Source of the DNA: Thermoproteota archaeon
GTDB taxonomy: Archaea > Korarchaeota > Korarchaeia > Korarchaeales > Korarchaeaceae
NCBI GenBank assembly: GCA_027492205.1
Contig: JAOZFN010000005.1
Span: 40,775 to 104,774, forward strand
Reading direction: 5' to 3'
Length of the DNA stretch: 64,000 nt
The notes under the pieces were generated by a model. The model saw only the letters and a list, made by a program, of their open reading frames with translations, was not told the DNA's origin and searched no databases. The first letter of the stretch is position 1, and the number at the start of each line of letters is the position of its first letter. Shown here piece after piece: positions 1 through 10,135 of this stretch. A program made the position numbers and the translations under genes.

Positions 1-2
1 TC

Positions 3-119
3 TCTAGAATGCTCAAGAGGCTGGAAGAACTTGGGTTGATAAATAGAACCACCCTGGGGAGGACCAAACTGATCGAACTATCTGAGACGGCCTCTCGATT
101 GCTGAGTTCCTCGGATTAG
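3..119 (+). CDS. 3' end of a winged-helix DNA-binding protein (5'-truncated by the window)
   Basis: Manual translation SRMLKRLEELGLINRTTLGRTKLIELSETASRLLSSSD*, a typical wHTH helix-plus-wing pattern; TAG at 117-119. Confidence 0.6.
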   Translation, partial: SRMLKRLEELGLINRTTLGRTKLIELSETASRLLSSSD

Positions 120-134
120 GTCCCGGGTAAGAGG

Positions 135-223
135 TGGTGCGGGGGGTGGGATTTGAACCCACGCGGGCCTACGCCCAGCGGATCTTGAGTCCGCCGCCTT
201 GGACCAGGCTCGGCCACCCCCGC
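135..223 (-). tRNA. tRNA-Leu(CAA), CCA encoded, no intron
   Basis: Reverse complement GCGGGGGTGGCCGAGCCTGGTCCAAGGCGGCGGACTCAAGATCCGC...GGGTTCAAATCCCACCCCCCGCACCA; cloverleaf with long variable arm. Confidence 0.97.
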
Positions 224-251
224 CCGTGTGTGCTGATAGTGAGAGGACCTC

Positions 252-1079
252 CTATTTGACGTTTTTGCGGGCCGACCACCTCCCGGCTCTCTCGACTATC
301 CTCCCGTAGAACCCCTCTGGTTCCGGATACGTCCTAGCAAATCTCGGCCCATCCCCGACGAGCCTGATCCTCGCCTCCCTCTGTAGTGGGACTTCAACTT
401 GGCCGTCTATGATTCCGACGAGGTCCCTGTTGGACTCCACCCTCACCTCGATGTTCATGGGTGCAACGAAGGAGGTGACCGGCACTATCATGCTTGGCGG
501 CCAGGCTGCCAGCGGGGCGGCCACCAGGGCGTCGACCCTGGGGTCGACTAGCGGTCCGCCAGCAGACAGCGAGTAAGCCATCGACCCCAGCGGGGTCGCG
601 AATATCAAGCCATCCGCAATGAACGAGTTCACAAACGCCCCACCAACGTACACCGAGAGCTTGCTTGCCTTCCCCCTGATGCCACAGGCCAGCAGAACCT
701 CGTTTAACGCGGGGGAAACCGGAACTCCCTCGAGCCGGACGGCTGGGTGCGTGACGACCTCATAGTCCCCCTCGACAAGCCTCCTGAGACCTTTCTGGAG
801 GCTACCTTCATCCAACTCCATTAGGAGTCCGTACGTTCCGTCCTTGACGCCGATCAAAGGGAGGGCTCCCCTTGAGTCGTGATAGGCCTTTAGCAGGGTT
901 CCATCACCGCCGATCGCCATGACGATGGCGCCGGGCCTGGACTCGACCGGCGAGGGCTCTCTGAGTATCTCTACTCCGTGGTCAGAGAGGAACCTGACCG
1001 CCCTCTCGGCCAGCCTGGATGCCTCCGGGCTATCCTCCCTCACGTACAGGTGAACCCTCTCTATCGGGTGAGCTCTCAT
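252..1079 (-). CDS. nadK: NAD kinase
   Basis: GGDGT, LNE, ADGLIFATPLGSMAYSLSAGGP and DGQ motifs. Confidence 0.93.
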   Translation of the reverse strand: MRAHPIERVHLYVREDSPEASRLAERAVRFLSDHGVEILREPSPVESRPGAIVMAIGGDGTLLKAYHDSRGALPLIGVKDGTYGLLMELDEGSLQKGLRRLVEGDYEVVTHPAVRLEGVPVSPALNEVLLACGIRGKASKLSVYVGGAFVNSFIADGLIFATPLGSMAYSLSAGGPLVDPRVDALVAAPLAAWPPSMIVPVTSFVAPMNIEVRVESNRDLVGIIDGQVEVPLQREARIRLVGDGPRFARTYPEPEGFYGRIVERAGRWSARKNVK

Positions 1080-1130
1080 GAGGCTCGCGATCCCTGGCTT
1101 CAGCCAAGTTATTAGGCTGAGGCCCTCACC

Positions 1131-1706
1131 TTGCAGAAGGTGGGACTCCTACCCACGCTGTCGGCCGAGACGTCAAATCTGCTGATTAGTCTCTCAGAGA
1201 TCCGAGTGAAGGTGATTAAGACTGTAGAGGGCCTTCCTGAGGAGTTCCCATGGCCGCTGAAGAAGGGCATGGAGATCGACGTCCCCGCGTGGCTGGCCGA
1301 CACTCTAACATCGCTGGGAGTCGCAGAATATGCGGACCCCTTGGACCTCAAGTCATTCGAAACCCTTCTCAGTAAGGAGCTGGTGACCTCCCGCCTCACG
1401 AGACTCCCGCCGGCTACGTTCACATGGTTCCTGCGAGAGAGAAAGAAGATCGAGGTCGAGGCAGGCGATCCGCTCGCCGCGCGAAGGCTCTACATAACCG
1501 GGCGGGACCTGATCAAGAAGAGACTGTCTAAGGCCCTCAGATACGCTGTTCTGGCAACCGAATCTGAGGTCGTCGAAAAGAGGCTTGTAGAGAGGCTAAC
1601 TCCACCTGAACGAGTTGTCTACGCTCAGATCAGGCTTATAATCGGTAGGTGGATAAGCTTACTCTTGGGCGAGAAGGGGGAGGATGGGGGAGACCGCGGA
1701 GTTTGA
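1131..1706 (+). CDS. GINS subunit Gins23 (Psf2/Psf3-like); start uncertain
   Basis: IRVKVIK...EIDVPAWLADTL B-domain followed by helical A-domain ending LTPPERVVY; overlaps the mcm start. Confidence 0.75.
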   Translation: MQKVGLLPTLSAETSNLLISLSEIRVKVIKTVEGLPEEFPWPLKKGMEIDVPAWLADTLTSLGVAEYADPLDLKSFETLLSKELVTSRLTRLPPATFTWFLRERKKIEVEAGDPLAARRLYITGRDLIKKRLSKALRYAVLATESEVVEKRLVERLTPPERVVYAQIRLIIGRWISLLLGEKGEDGGDRGV

Positions 1707-4700
1707 CGGGGACCTGGTCGCCGTCTACGAGGATTTCATCGTCACGTTCGTTGACGAGGCCGGGGAGAGGAAGTATCTTAACAAGATACCGGAGATGGTG
1801 GAGTCTCGAAAGAGATCCCTGAGGGTGGACTACCAAGACCTCTTCTCCCACCTCCCCTCCAGGGAAATTGCGAAGGATCTGCTGGTGAACCCACAGCGTC
1901 ACCTCGAGGCCGCCTCCCTGGCCTTGGCTAGATTAGTAAGGAGGTACGGCGACATCTCCGGGGAGGAGTTAGAGCTTTACGCTTCCGGTAAGTTCCACGT
2001 CAGGTTCTACAACCTACCCACGACGGCGTCCATAAGAGACCTCCCATCCTACTCCCTCGGAAGGTTTGTCCAACTCTCCGGAATAGTCATCCGCGTCTCC
2101 GACGTATTCGACAAGCCAGTGAAGATCGCCTACGTGTGCCGGAACCCAGACTGCCCGGACTACGGAGTTCCGCTCCTTTTAGATCCCATGGAACCCAAAC
2201 CAAAGACCTGCCCGACCTGCGGGAAAGCCACACTAAAGAGGGACTTGGAGAAGACCGAGCTGGTCAGCTGGCAGGTTATTCGGGTTCAGGAGCGGCCTGA
2301 GGACCTCCCGCCTGGAGCCATGCCTAAGCACGTAGATGCCATCCTAACCGACGACCTCGTCGACGAGGTCAAGCCGGGCGACCGGGTGACTCTCACCGCC
2401 ATAATCAACCTTCGTCCGGCGCGTCGGCAAGAAGACTCCGGTTACGGCATCCTGTTCAAGAGGTACCTCGTCGTGAACGATGTGGAGGTTCCGACAAGGA
2501 CGTACGAGAAGATCGAGATAACACCGGAGGACGAGAGAGCGATATTGGAGTTAGCGCGTGACTCCAAGCTCGAGGAGAAGATCGTCGACTCGATAGCTCC
2601 TTCGATCTACGGCCACAGGATCAAGAAGAAGGCGATAGCCCTGGCCCTCTTCGGAGGGAACCCGGTAGTCCTTCCGGATGGGACCCGAATAAGGGGCGAG
2701 ATTAACCTCCTCTTCGTGGGAGATCCGGGCACGGCGAAGTGCGTGAGTAGAGACACGCTGGTGTTAACCAAAGATGGCCCGACTCGAGTGGACTCGCTCA
2801 TAGACGAGTCTACGGCGTTTGATGCCCCAGACGGGAAGGTCAGCAGGGTCAACACGAGGGTTCTCTCCATGTCTCCGACTCTCTCCTTGGATTGGGTGGA
2901 CCCCACGGCGGCCGCAAAGCGCTCTCAGAACAGCGATCTCTTGGAGGTCCGCACCAAGACCGGCCTGCGGATTAAGGTGACAAAGAACCACCCGTTTCTT
3001 GTCCTAGACACCGACGGCTACGTTAAGTACCTCCCGGCGTCTGAGCTGAGGCCGGGTAGCTTTGTAGCCATCGTGGGCAGCTTTCAGCCGCCGAACGTTC
3101 ATCCTCCCGTCACCCACTGGATCCAGATCACACCTTCCCTCATGGAACTCCTCGGAATCTTGCTCACCAGGGCGAGGATCCTCGACGCCGGTCGAGGGAG
3201 AGAATACCATCTTCTACTGCCACCAAGCGCCGCGCAGAGATTTGCCGAGCTGGCCAAAGAAGTCGGAGTCGTAAGGTTGGAGGAGCACGGAAGGCTCTGT
3301 CACGTGAGGCTCCGCGTGAAGAAGAGGCTGGCAGCTGATCTCTCGAGACTGATACCCACACTTGACGGCCACCCGAGCACCCGCGAAATCCCATTTTGGA
3401 TCGTCTCAGCCGAAGTTTCTCACCTAGTAGCCTTCCTGAAGGGATATCTCAGGGCAGAGTCGTCCTACCTAAAGAAGACTCGTTGTCTGGCAATCGTGGC
3501 CCGCAATCCGAAGATCATGCATCAGCTCCGCCTGATCCTCTCCAGGCTGGGCGTGACACACCCCAGGATTCAGCCCTCCAAGTCGGGCCATCGACTCCTC
3601 TTGTCGGCCTCTCAGATCTCCGTCCTCAACCAAAACGTTGATCTATCCGAGATCCTGCCAGCGGAGGCGTTAATCAAGCGAGACACAGGTGGTTCCGATC
3701 TAAGCGACAAGATCCCGCACGTAGGGAAGATCCTCCACCGGATAAGGCGATCACTCGGCGTCTCCCGGGAAAAGCTGGGAATTCCGATCTCCACGCTCAT
3801 ACGGTACGAGAGGGGTCTCGCCCACATCCCCAGGTCTCGCCTCAGGAAGGTCTTGCTGGAGCTCGAGAGGGCCGCGGGGGACCTCCTCAGGTCATACCCA
3901 ACAGGACGGGAGATCAGGCGTGAGCTGGCCTACCTCAACATGCTAGTTGAGTCTGACGTGGCCTGGGATGAGGTGGAGTCCGTCAGGACGGTCCACGGGG
4001 ACGGCTGGGTGTACGACGTGGAGGTTCCCTACAACAGGAACTTCGTAGCGAACGGCTTCATCGTACACAACAGCCAGCTGCTCAAGTACACTGCTCAGAT
4101 AGCGCCGAGAGGACTCTACACTACGGGCAAGGGGGCAACGGCCGCAGGGTTGACCGCTGCGGTCGTCCGCGACGCGGCGACGGGCGGATGGACGCTGGAG
4201 GCGGGCGCACTGGTTCTGGCGGACAGGGGGGTCGCCTGCATAGACGAGTTCGACAAGATGAACGAGAATGACAGGAGGGCGATCCACGAAGCCATGGAGC
4301 AGCAGACGATATCCATAGCGAAGGCGGGGATAGTGGCAACGCTGAATGCCAGAACGACCATAATCGCGGCCGCCAACCCGAAGTATGGTAGGTACGATCC
4401 TTTGAGGAGCCCTGCCGAGAACATAAACCTCCCGCCCACGATCCTCTCGAGGTTTGACCTGATCTACTTGATCAAGGACGTGCCGGAGGAGGACTACGAC
4501 GCCGGGGTTGCGGACCACATTCTGAAGGCTAGAATGGGCGTAAACCCGGACGTGGAGCCCGCCATCCCACCAGACCTCCTGAAGAAGTACGTAGCGTACG
4601 CCCGCCAAAGAATAAGGCCCCAGATGACTGAGGAAGCCTCTAGGGTGATCAGGGAATTCTACCTGAGCATGAGGAGAGAGGTCGGAAAGCTGGCGGGTGA

Positions 4701-5142
4701 GATGGAGGGGCCGCTCCCAATTCCGCTCACCGCCAGGCAGCTGGAGGCCCTGATAAGGCTGGCCGAGGCCAGGGCGAGGATGTTCCTTCGATCCTACGTC
4801 ACGGAGGAGGACGCCCTGACGGCGGTCGAGCTCATGAGGGAGATGCTCTACGACGTCGGCCTCGATCGGACCACCGGGATGCCAGACATGACGGGCGTCG
4901 TTGGGGCGTACATGTCGGCCACTAGGAGGCGGGAGGAGCTGATGAAGCTCCTGAACGAGATGGCGACAAAGGCGGACTCGAGGATGGTCTCGGAGGAGGA
5001 ATTCATCAGGGAAGCGATGGAGGTCCTCCAGATCGAGGAGAGAATTGTGAGGAACGAGATCCGCGTCCTCAGGGAGAACGGGCTCATATACTCCCCAAGG
5101 CCTGGATTCCTGAAGCCCGCGTCGGGCTCCACGGCGCTATAG
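1684..5142 (+). CDS. mcm: MCM replicative helicase with one intein
   Basis: Zn finger, QERPE, Walker A GDPGTAK|SQLL split by the intein, IDEFDKM, AAANP, arginine finger SRFDL, C-terminal wHTH. Confidence 0.98.
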   Translation: MGETAEFDGDLVAVYEDFIVTFVDEAGERKYLNKIPEMVESRKRSLRVDYQDLFSHLPSREIAKDLLVNPQRHLEAASLALARLVRRYGDISGEELELYASGKFHVRFYNLPTTASIRDLPSYSLGRFVQLSGIVIRVSDVFDKPVKIAYVCRNPDCPDYGVPLLLDPMEPKPKTCPTCGKATLKRDLEKTELVSWQVIRVQERPEDLPPGAMPKHVDAILTDDLVDEVKPGDRVTLTAIINLRPARRQEDSGYGILFKRYLVVNDVEVPTRTYEKIEITPEDERAILELARDSKLEEKIVDSIAPSIYGHRIKKKAIALALFGGNPVVLPDGTRIRGEINLLFVGDPGTAKCVSRDTLVLTKDGPTRVDSLIDESTAFDAPDGKVSRVNTRVLSMSPTLSLDWVDPTAAAKRSQNSDLLEVRTKTGLRIKVTKNHPFLVLDTDGYVKYLPASELRPGSFVAIVGSFQPPNVHPPVTHWIQITPSLMELLGILLTRARILDAGRGREYHLLLPPSAAQRFAELAKEVGVVRLEEHGRLCHVRLRVKKRLAADLSRLIPTLDGHPSTREIPFWIVSAEVSHLVAFLKGYLRAESSYLKKTRCLAIVARNPKIMHQLRLILSRLGVTHPRIQPSKSGHRLLLSASQISVLNQNVDLSEILPAEALIKRDTGGSDLSDKIPHVGKILHRIRRSLGVSREKLGIPISTLIRYERGLAHIPRSRLRKVLLELERAAGDLLRSYPTGREIRRELAYLNMLVESDVAWDEVESVRTVHGDGWVYDVEVPYNRNFVANGFIVHNSQLLKYTAQIAPRGLYTTGKGATAAGLTAAVVRDAATGGWTLEAGALVLADRGVACIDEFDKMNENDRRAIHEAMEQQTISIAKAGIVATLNARTTIIAAANPKYGRYDPLRSPAENINLPPTILSRFDLIYLIKDVPEEDYDAGVADHILKARMGVNPDVEPAIPPDLLKKYVAYARQRIRPQMTEEASRVIREFYLSMRREVGKLAGEMEGPLPIPLTARQLEALIRLAEARARMFLRSYVTEEDALTAVELMREMLYDVGLDRTTGMPDMTGVVGAYMSATRRREELMKLLNEMATKADSRMVSEEEFIREAMEVLQIEERIVRNEIRVLRENGLIYSPRPGFLKPASGSTAL
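2740..4071 (+). mobile_element. Intein (444 aa) in the MCM Walker A; degenerate LAGLIDADG plus XRE-like HTH
   Basis: Starts CVSRDT, block B TKNHPF, ends VYDVEVPYNRNFVANGFIVHN with Ser at +1; removal restores GDPGTAKSQLL. Confidence 0.95.
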
Positions 5143-5158
5143 AAGGAGGAGCAGCCTG

Positions 5159-7315
5159 ATGTCCGTTCGAGACCTCCTACCTCCGGAAGTCGCGGACATC
5201 CTCACCGAGTGGGGCATCTCAGAACTCTTCCCGCCGCAGGTGGAGGTGGCCCGGAGGGGACTGGTGAGGAAGGGCAACTTCGTGCTCGCATCCCCGACGG
5301 CCAGCGGCAAGACCTTGGCCGCCGAGATCGCCGCACTGCACGACCTCTTACACGAGGGAAAATGCGTTTACGTGGTTCCCCTCAGGGCGATCGCATCTGA
5401 GAAGTACGAGTCGTTTAGGGCGCGATACGGGCCCCTCGGGTTCTCCGTCAGGATGTCCGTGGGAGACTACGACTCCTCGGAGGAGCCTCTGGGCAGGCAC
5501 GACGTGATTATCACCACCTACGAGAAGCTAGACTCGATAATCCGCCACGATCCAGCCTGGCTCTCCGAGCTCACGACCGCGGTCTTCGACGAGATACACT
5601 TCGCCCACGACTCCGAGAGGGGGCCGACCATTGAGATGACCGTGGCGAAGCTCATCGACTCCAACCCCAACATCAGGAGAATCGCCCTCTCGGCCACGGT
5701 CGCCAATCTGGAAGAGGTGTCTGCCTGGCTCGAGGCCGAGCCGATCTCAGTCCCCTGGAGACCGGTCCCCCTGAGGGTGGGCGCCTACTCAAGGTCGGGC
5801 GGGATCATCCTCTGGGAGGATGGGGGGGAGGAGAAGATTCCTAGGAGGACGGGGATGCCAGAAGTGGATCTCGCACTGAGGTCCGCCCGCGACGGCGGAC
5901 AAGTCCTCATCTTCTACCCAACTAGGAGATCATCGGTCGCGGGCGCCTTCAAGGTTGCCAGGGCCCTGTCGGCTCACATGATTGGGTTCGACAGAGACGC
6001 CACCCGGGAGCTGGCCGAATCCATCCTGAGCCTAGAGCCGAGGACGCGCCTCCTGGAGAAGCTGGCTGAGGCATGTAGAGGGGGGGCCGCATTCCACCAC
6101 GCGGGCCTTCCTTACAAGGCCAGGCGGACGGTGGAGGAAGCGTTCAGGAGGGGCGTACTGCTCGCGATAGCGGCCACCCCGACTCTCGCGGCCGGGGTAA
6201 ATCTCCCCGCCAGGACGGTCGTGATAAAGAGCCACAAGAGGTACGACCGCACCAAGGGGAGGCAGGCCCCCATAACGGTCATGGAGTTTCACCAAATGGC
6301 AGGGAGGGCCGGCAGACCCGGATTCGACGAGGTCGGCGAGGCCATAGTCGTCGCTTCAAGTCAAAAGGACGCTGAGGAGCTGCTCAGAGAGTACTCGGCG
6401 GGGAAAATCGAACCAATAGTCTCCAAGCTCGACGACCCCCACAAGTTCAGGACGCACCTTCTCTCCCTCATAGTTCTCAAGTCTCCAGCGTCGGCGAGGG
6501 ATGTGTCCACGGTGTTGGAGCGCACCCTCCTCCACATTCAGGCCGGTGAGGAGGTGGTGTCTCGGCTGATACCGCCGGCCCTGGACTTTCTCGTTCGAGA
6601 GGGCTTCGTGAGGGAGGTCTCCGGTGGTAGGTTGGCGGCCACGATGTTCGGCATCAGGACCGCTCAGCTCTACGTGGACCCGGTGTCCGCCCTGATGATG
6701 GCCAAGGCGTCCGAGAGACTGTTGTCCGTGGACGAGAGAGTGAGGGACGCGTCGGCGCTCCACCTGATAGGTCTCCTCCCAGACATGTACAAGGCGCCCG
6801 TCAGATCCAGGGAGCCCCCTGAGGTTGAGGAACTTTTGGAGGAAATTGAACCGCTGATACCACCGGAGGAACTCCCGCTTGAGGTTACCTTCAGCTGGTT
6901 CTCGGCCGTGAAGATGGCCGCCGTGCTCAGGGCATGGATCGAGGAAGCGCCCGAGGCCCTCATCGAGGAGACATACGGCGTCGAGCCGGGAGACCTGAGG
7001 AGCTACGTGGAGGTTGCGACCTGGCTGGCGTACGCGTTTTCCGAGATAGCCAGGCTGTTTGGTAGGCCGAAGGAGGCCGCATATTTGAGGAACCTATCCG
7101 CGAGGCTGGAGGCTGGGGTGAAGCAGGAGATACTCCACCTGACCAGGATTCCGGGCGTCGGCAGGAGGAGGGCGAGGCTCCTGTACTCGGCTGGGTTCAA
7201 GACGCTAGAGGACCTGGCAAAGGCGAGCCCGAAGGCACTCCAGGCCATCCCCGGTATAGGCCCCAAGCTGGCCGAGAATATCATAAGGGAGGCAGCCGCC
7301 CTCCTGCCGAGGTGA
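5159..7315 (+). CDS. hel308: Hel308/Hjm Ski2-like DNA helicase
   Basis: PTASGKT, DEIH, LSAT, FHHAGL, TLAAGVNLP, QMAGRAGRP, RAR motif and C-terminal HhH. Confidence 0.95.
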   Translation: MSVRDLLPPEVADILTEWGISELFPPQVEVARRGLVRKGNFVLASPTASGKTLAAEIAALHDLLHEGKCVYVVPLRAIASEKYESFRARYGPLGFSVRMSVGDYDSSEEPLGRHDVIITTYEKLDSIIRHDPAWLSELTTAVFDEIHFAHDSERGPTIEMTVAKLIDSNPNIRRIALSATVANLEEVSAWLEAEPISVPWRPVPLRVGAYSRSGGIILWEDGGEEKIPRRTGMPEVDLALRSARDGGQVLIFYPTRRSSVAGAFKVARALSAHMIGFDRDATRELAESILSLEPRTRLLEKLAEACRGGAAFHHAGLPYKARRTVEEAFRRGVLLAIAATPTLAAGVNLPARTVVIKSHKRYDRTKGRQAPITVMEFHQMAGRAGRPGFDEVGEAIVVASSQKDAEELLREYSAGKIEPIVSKLDDPHKFRTHLLSLIVLKSPASARDVSTVLERTLLHIQAGEEVVSRLIPPALDFLVREGFVREVSGGRLAATMFGIRTAQLYVDPVSALMMAKASERLLSVDERVRDASALHLIGLLPDMYKAPVRSREPPEVEELLEEIEPLIPPEELPLEVTFSWFSAVKMAAVLRAWIEEAPEALIEETYGVEPGDLRSYVEVATWLAYAFSEIARLFGRPKEAAYLRNLSARLEAGVKQEILHLTRIPGVGRRRARLLYSAGFKTLEDLAKASPKALQAIPGIGPKLAENIIREAAALLPR

Positions 7316-7319
7316 CGCC

Positions 7320-8684
7320 TTGCCCGTACACCCGGTGGAGTATAGATACGGATCGCCTCAGATGCGAGAGATCTTCGATGTCCACAATCGGTACAAATTG
7401 ATGCTAGAGGTAGAAGCTGCCCTAGCGAGAGCGGAAGCGGAAGAGGGTCTGATCCCAAGAGAGGCGGCAGAGGCAATTGAATCAGCCGTTCGGGAGGGCA
7501 GAGTGAGAGTCGAGAGAATACTCGAACTGGAGGGGGAGGTCAAACACGAGACGATGGCGGTCGTGCTGGCTCTTGCCGAAGCCTCCGGGCCTCTGGGGGA
7601 ATATGCCCACTTCGGAGTGACTTCAAACGACATCTTGGACACCGTCTTGGCCCTTCAGATCAAGAGGGCCTGCGGGATAATCCGCGAGAAGCTGGCCAGG
7701 CTCACGCTCGAAGTGGTTCGCAGGGGTCGAGAGACGCTCGACCTGGTCGCGCTCGGGAGGACTCACGGGATGGCAGCCCTCCCAATACCCTTCGGCTTCA
7801 AGTTCGCCGTGTGGAGCTCGATCCTCGTCCGAAACCTGGATAGGCTGGCGGCCGCAGAGGATAGGGCCGCCAGGGGCAAGATAGCCGGAGCCGTGGGCAC
7901 AATGGCCGGCCTCCAGGGAGTCGGCAGGAGGATCCAGGAAAGGGTTATGGAGATTCTAGGGCTTGAACCCTCTGAGATATCCACTCAAGTGGTTCCACGC
8001 GACTCGCTGGCCGAGCTCATAACCACTTTGGCGCTGATCTCGTCGACGCTCGACCTAATGGCCAACGAGGTGAGGAACCTCCAGAGGACGGAGATCGGGG
8101 AGGTCGAGGAGCCGTTTGAGGAGCGGAGACAGGTGGGATCCAGCACGATGCCCCACAAGAGAAACCCCATAATGTCGGAGAAGGTCTGCGGGCTGGCCAG
8201 GGTCATGAGGGGGCTCGCGGTGGCCGCCCTCGAGAACGTGGTCCTGGAGCACGAGAGGGACCTCACGAATAGCTCTACGGAGAGGATAATCGTGCCGGAG
8301 GCCTTTCTCCTTCTAGACGAGCAGCTGGAAACCATGATCAAGGTGGTCTCAGGCCTAAGGATCAGGAGGGAGGCCATCGAGTCAAACCTGAGGAGGGTCG
8401 CCAGCCTGATAATGTCAGAGCGGGTCATGCTGGAGCTGGCCAGGAAAGGACTCGGTCGGCAGAGGGCCCACGAACTCGTCAGATCCCTGGCGATGCGGGC
8501 CATCTCGGAGAAGAAGCAGCTGGCGGAGGTCCTAAAGGCCTCGCCCGAGGTTACCTCGCTGCTCTCTCTCGAGGAGATAGACGCCCTGATGGAACCCTCT
8601 ACGTACCTCGGCGAGGGACCCGAGCTCGCGAGGGCCGCCCTAGACAGGGCAGAGGAGGCGGCCAGGGCGGCGATATCCGGTTGA
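7320..8684 (+). CDS. purB: Adenylosuccinate lyase
   Basis: GSSTMPHKRNP signature, GRTH, HFGVTSND, HERDL. Confidence 0.96.
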   Translation: MPVHPVEYRYGSPQMREIFDVHNRYKLMLEVEAALARAEAEEGLIPREAAEAIESAVREGRVRVERILELEGEVKHETMAVVLALAEASGPLGEYAHFGVTSNDILDTVLALQIKRACGIIREKLARLTLEVVRRGRETLDLVALGRTHGMAALPIPFGFKFAVWSSILVRNLDRLAAAEDRAARGKIAGAVGTMAGLQGVGRRIQERVMEILGLEPSEISTQVVPRDSLAELITTLALISSTLDLMANEVRNLQRTEIGEVEEPFEERRQVGSSTMPHKRNPIMSEKVCGLARVMRGLAVAALENVVLEHERDLTNSSTERIIVPEAFLLLDEQLETMIKVVSGLRIRREAIESNLRRVASLIMSERVMLELARKGLGRQRAHELVRSLAMRAISEKKQLAEVLKASPEVTSLLSLEEIDALMEPSTYLGEGPELARAALDRAEEAARAAISG

Positions 8685-10036
8685 CCGGGGGGCGTGGGTT
8701 GGAGGGGGACTTCTACCTCAGATTCCTAGGAGGAGCTAGGGAGGTCGGCCGATCCAGCGTGGAGCTGGGACTCGGGTCTAAGTCTCTGATCCTCGACTCG
8801 GGCGTCCATGTCGGCGCGAAGACACCCGAGGACAGGTATCCCCTCCGGCCCAGAGGGGAGGTGGAGGCGCTGATAGTCACCCACGCCCACCTCGACCACA
8901 GCGGGTTCTCACCCGCGCTGGTGAGGGACACGGGGTGCCCCATCTACAGCACCCCGCCAACCAGAGACGTGTCTGAGCTGCTCCTGGTTGATTTTCTCGC
9001 GCTTCAGGAGCAGAGCGGTGAGGATAAGCCCTACGAGAACGAGGACGTCATGAGGCTGAGGAGCCTAGAGCACCCAGTGAGCTTGAGGTCGCCCTTCGAG
9101 ATAGGCGACGCCACCATCACGCTCTACGATGCAGGCCACGTCTTGGGGAGCGTCATGGTCAGGATAGAGATACCCGACGCGTTTAGCGTTCTCTACACGG
9201 GTGACCTGAATCTCGGGGGAACTAGAACCCTGTCCGGGGCCGACACGGACATTCCTCCCACGGACTACGTGATAATCGAGTCCACCTACGGTGGGGACGG
9301 GGACGCTCACCCAGCGAGGAAGAAGGTGGAGAGGAAGTTCATCACCGACGTGAGGGAGACCGTGTTGCGAGGGGGCAAGGTGATAATCCCCTGCTTCGCG
9401 CTGGGCCGAGCCCAAGAGGTGCTGCTGACCCTCCTGGCCCACATAGACAGCGGGTCGCTGCCTCCAACTCCGATATTCGTGGACGGCATGATAGTGACGA
9501 TAAATAGGATCTACTCTCTCTACTGGAGCTGGCTCAGGCCAGAACTCCAGAGGAAGGTTCGCCTGTCCAAGAGGAGTCCATTTGACCACGAGCTTGTGGA
9601 GGAGGTCCGCGACCGGAAGGAGATCTTGGAGATCACGGAGCCCTACGTAGTGGTAACGACCTCAGGGATGCTCCAGGGAGGGCCGGTGGTAGACTACCTG
9701 CGCGGCCTCGCTGGCGACTCGAGGAACCTCATCTATCTGACGGGGTATCAGGTCAGGGGGACGAGGGGGAGGGCCCTACTCGAGGGCCAGAGGAGGCTCA
9801 CCCTCGACGAGGGCGACGAGATAGAGGTCAAGGCGAGGGTGGAATTTGCGGAGTTCTCGGCACACTCGGATCAGAGCGGCCTAATCGCGTTTCTCTCCCG
9901 CATACCCGGTGTTAGGGAGGTGTTCGTAGTCCACGGAGAGCCGGAGAAGTCCCGCCAACTCAGCATGAAGCTTGAGTCAAAGGGCACCCTCTCCTACGTG
10001 CCTCGAGTCGGCGAGCGGGTGACGCTCAGAGCGTGA
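8681..10036 (+). CDS. Beta-CASP metallo-beta-lactamase ribonuclease lacking N-terminal KH domains
   Basis: THAHLDH, AGHVLGS, YTGD, ESTYG, SAHSD and VHGE motifs. Confidence 0.9.
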   Translation: MTGGRGLEGDFYLRFLGGAREVGRSSVELGLGSKSLILDSGVHVGAKTPEDRYPLRPRGEVEALIVTHAHLDHSGFSPALVRDTGCPIYSTPPTRDVSELLLVDFLALQEQSGEDKPYENEDVMRLRSLEHPVSLRSPFEIGDATITLYDAGHVLGSVMVRIEIPDAFSVLYTGDLNLGGTRTLSGADTDIPPTDYVIIESTYGGDGDAHPARKKVERKFITDVRETVLRGGKVIIPCFALGRAQEVLLTLLAHIDSGSLPPTPIFVDGMIVTINRIYSLYWSWLRPELQRKVRLSKRSPFDHELVEEVRDRKEILEITEPYVVVTTSGMLQGGPVVDYLRGLAGDSRNLIYLTGYQVRGTRGRALLEGQRRLTLDEGDEIEVKARVEFAEFSAHSDQSGLIAFLSRIPGVREVFVVHGEPEKSRQLSMKLESKGTLSYVPRVGERVTLRA

Positions 10037-10135
10037 TCTGACGTCGGTATTACGTGCGCGCAGCCACCTAATTATTCCACCGCCGTTAGGTCCATCCTGG
10101 AGGGGCCCCTCACCCATCGACAGGGGGAGCCGGCT

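Noticed and set aside
10037-10135. Replication origin beside oapABC, as in Haloferax
   Set aside because: Short gap with no ORB repeats, no DUE and no cdc6
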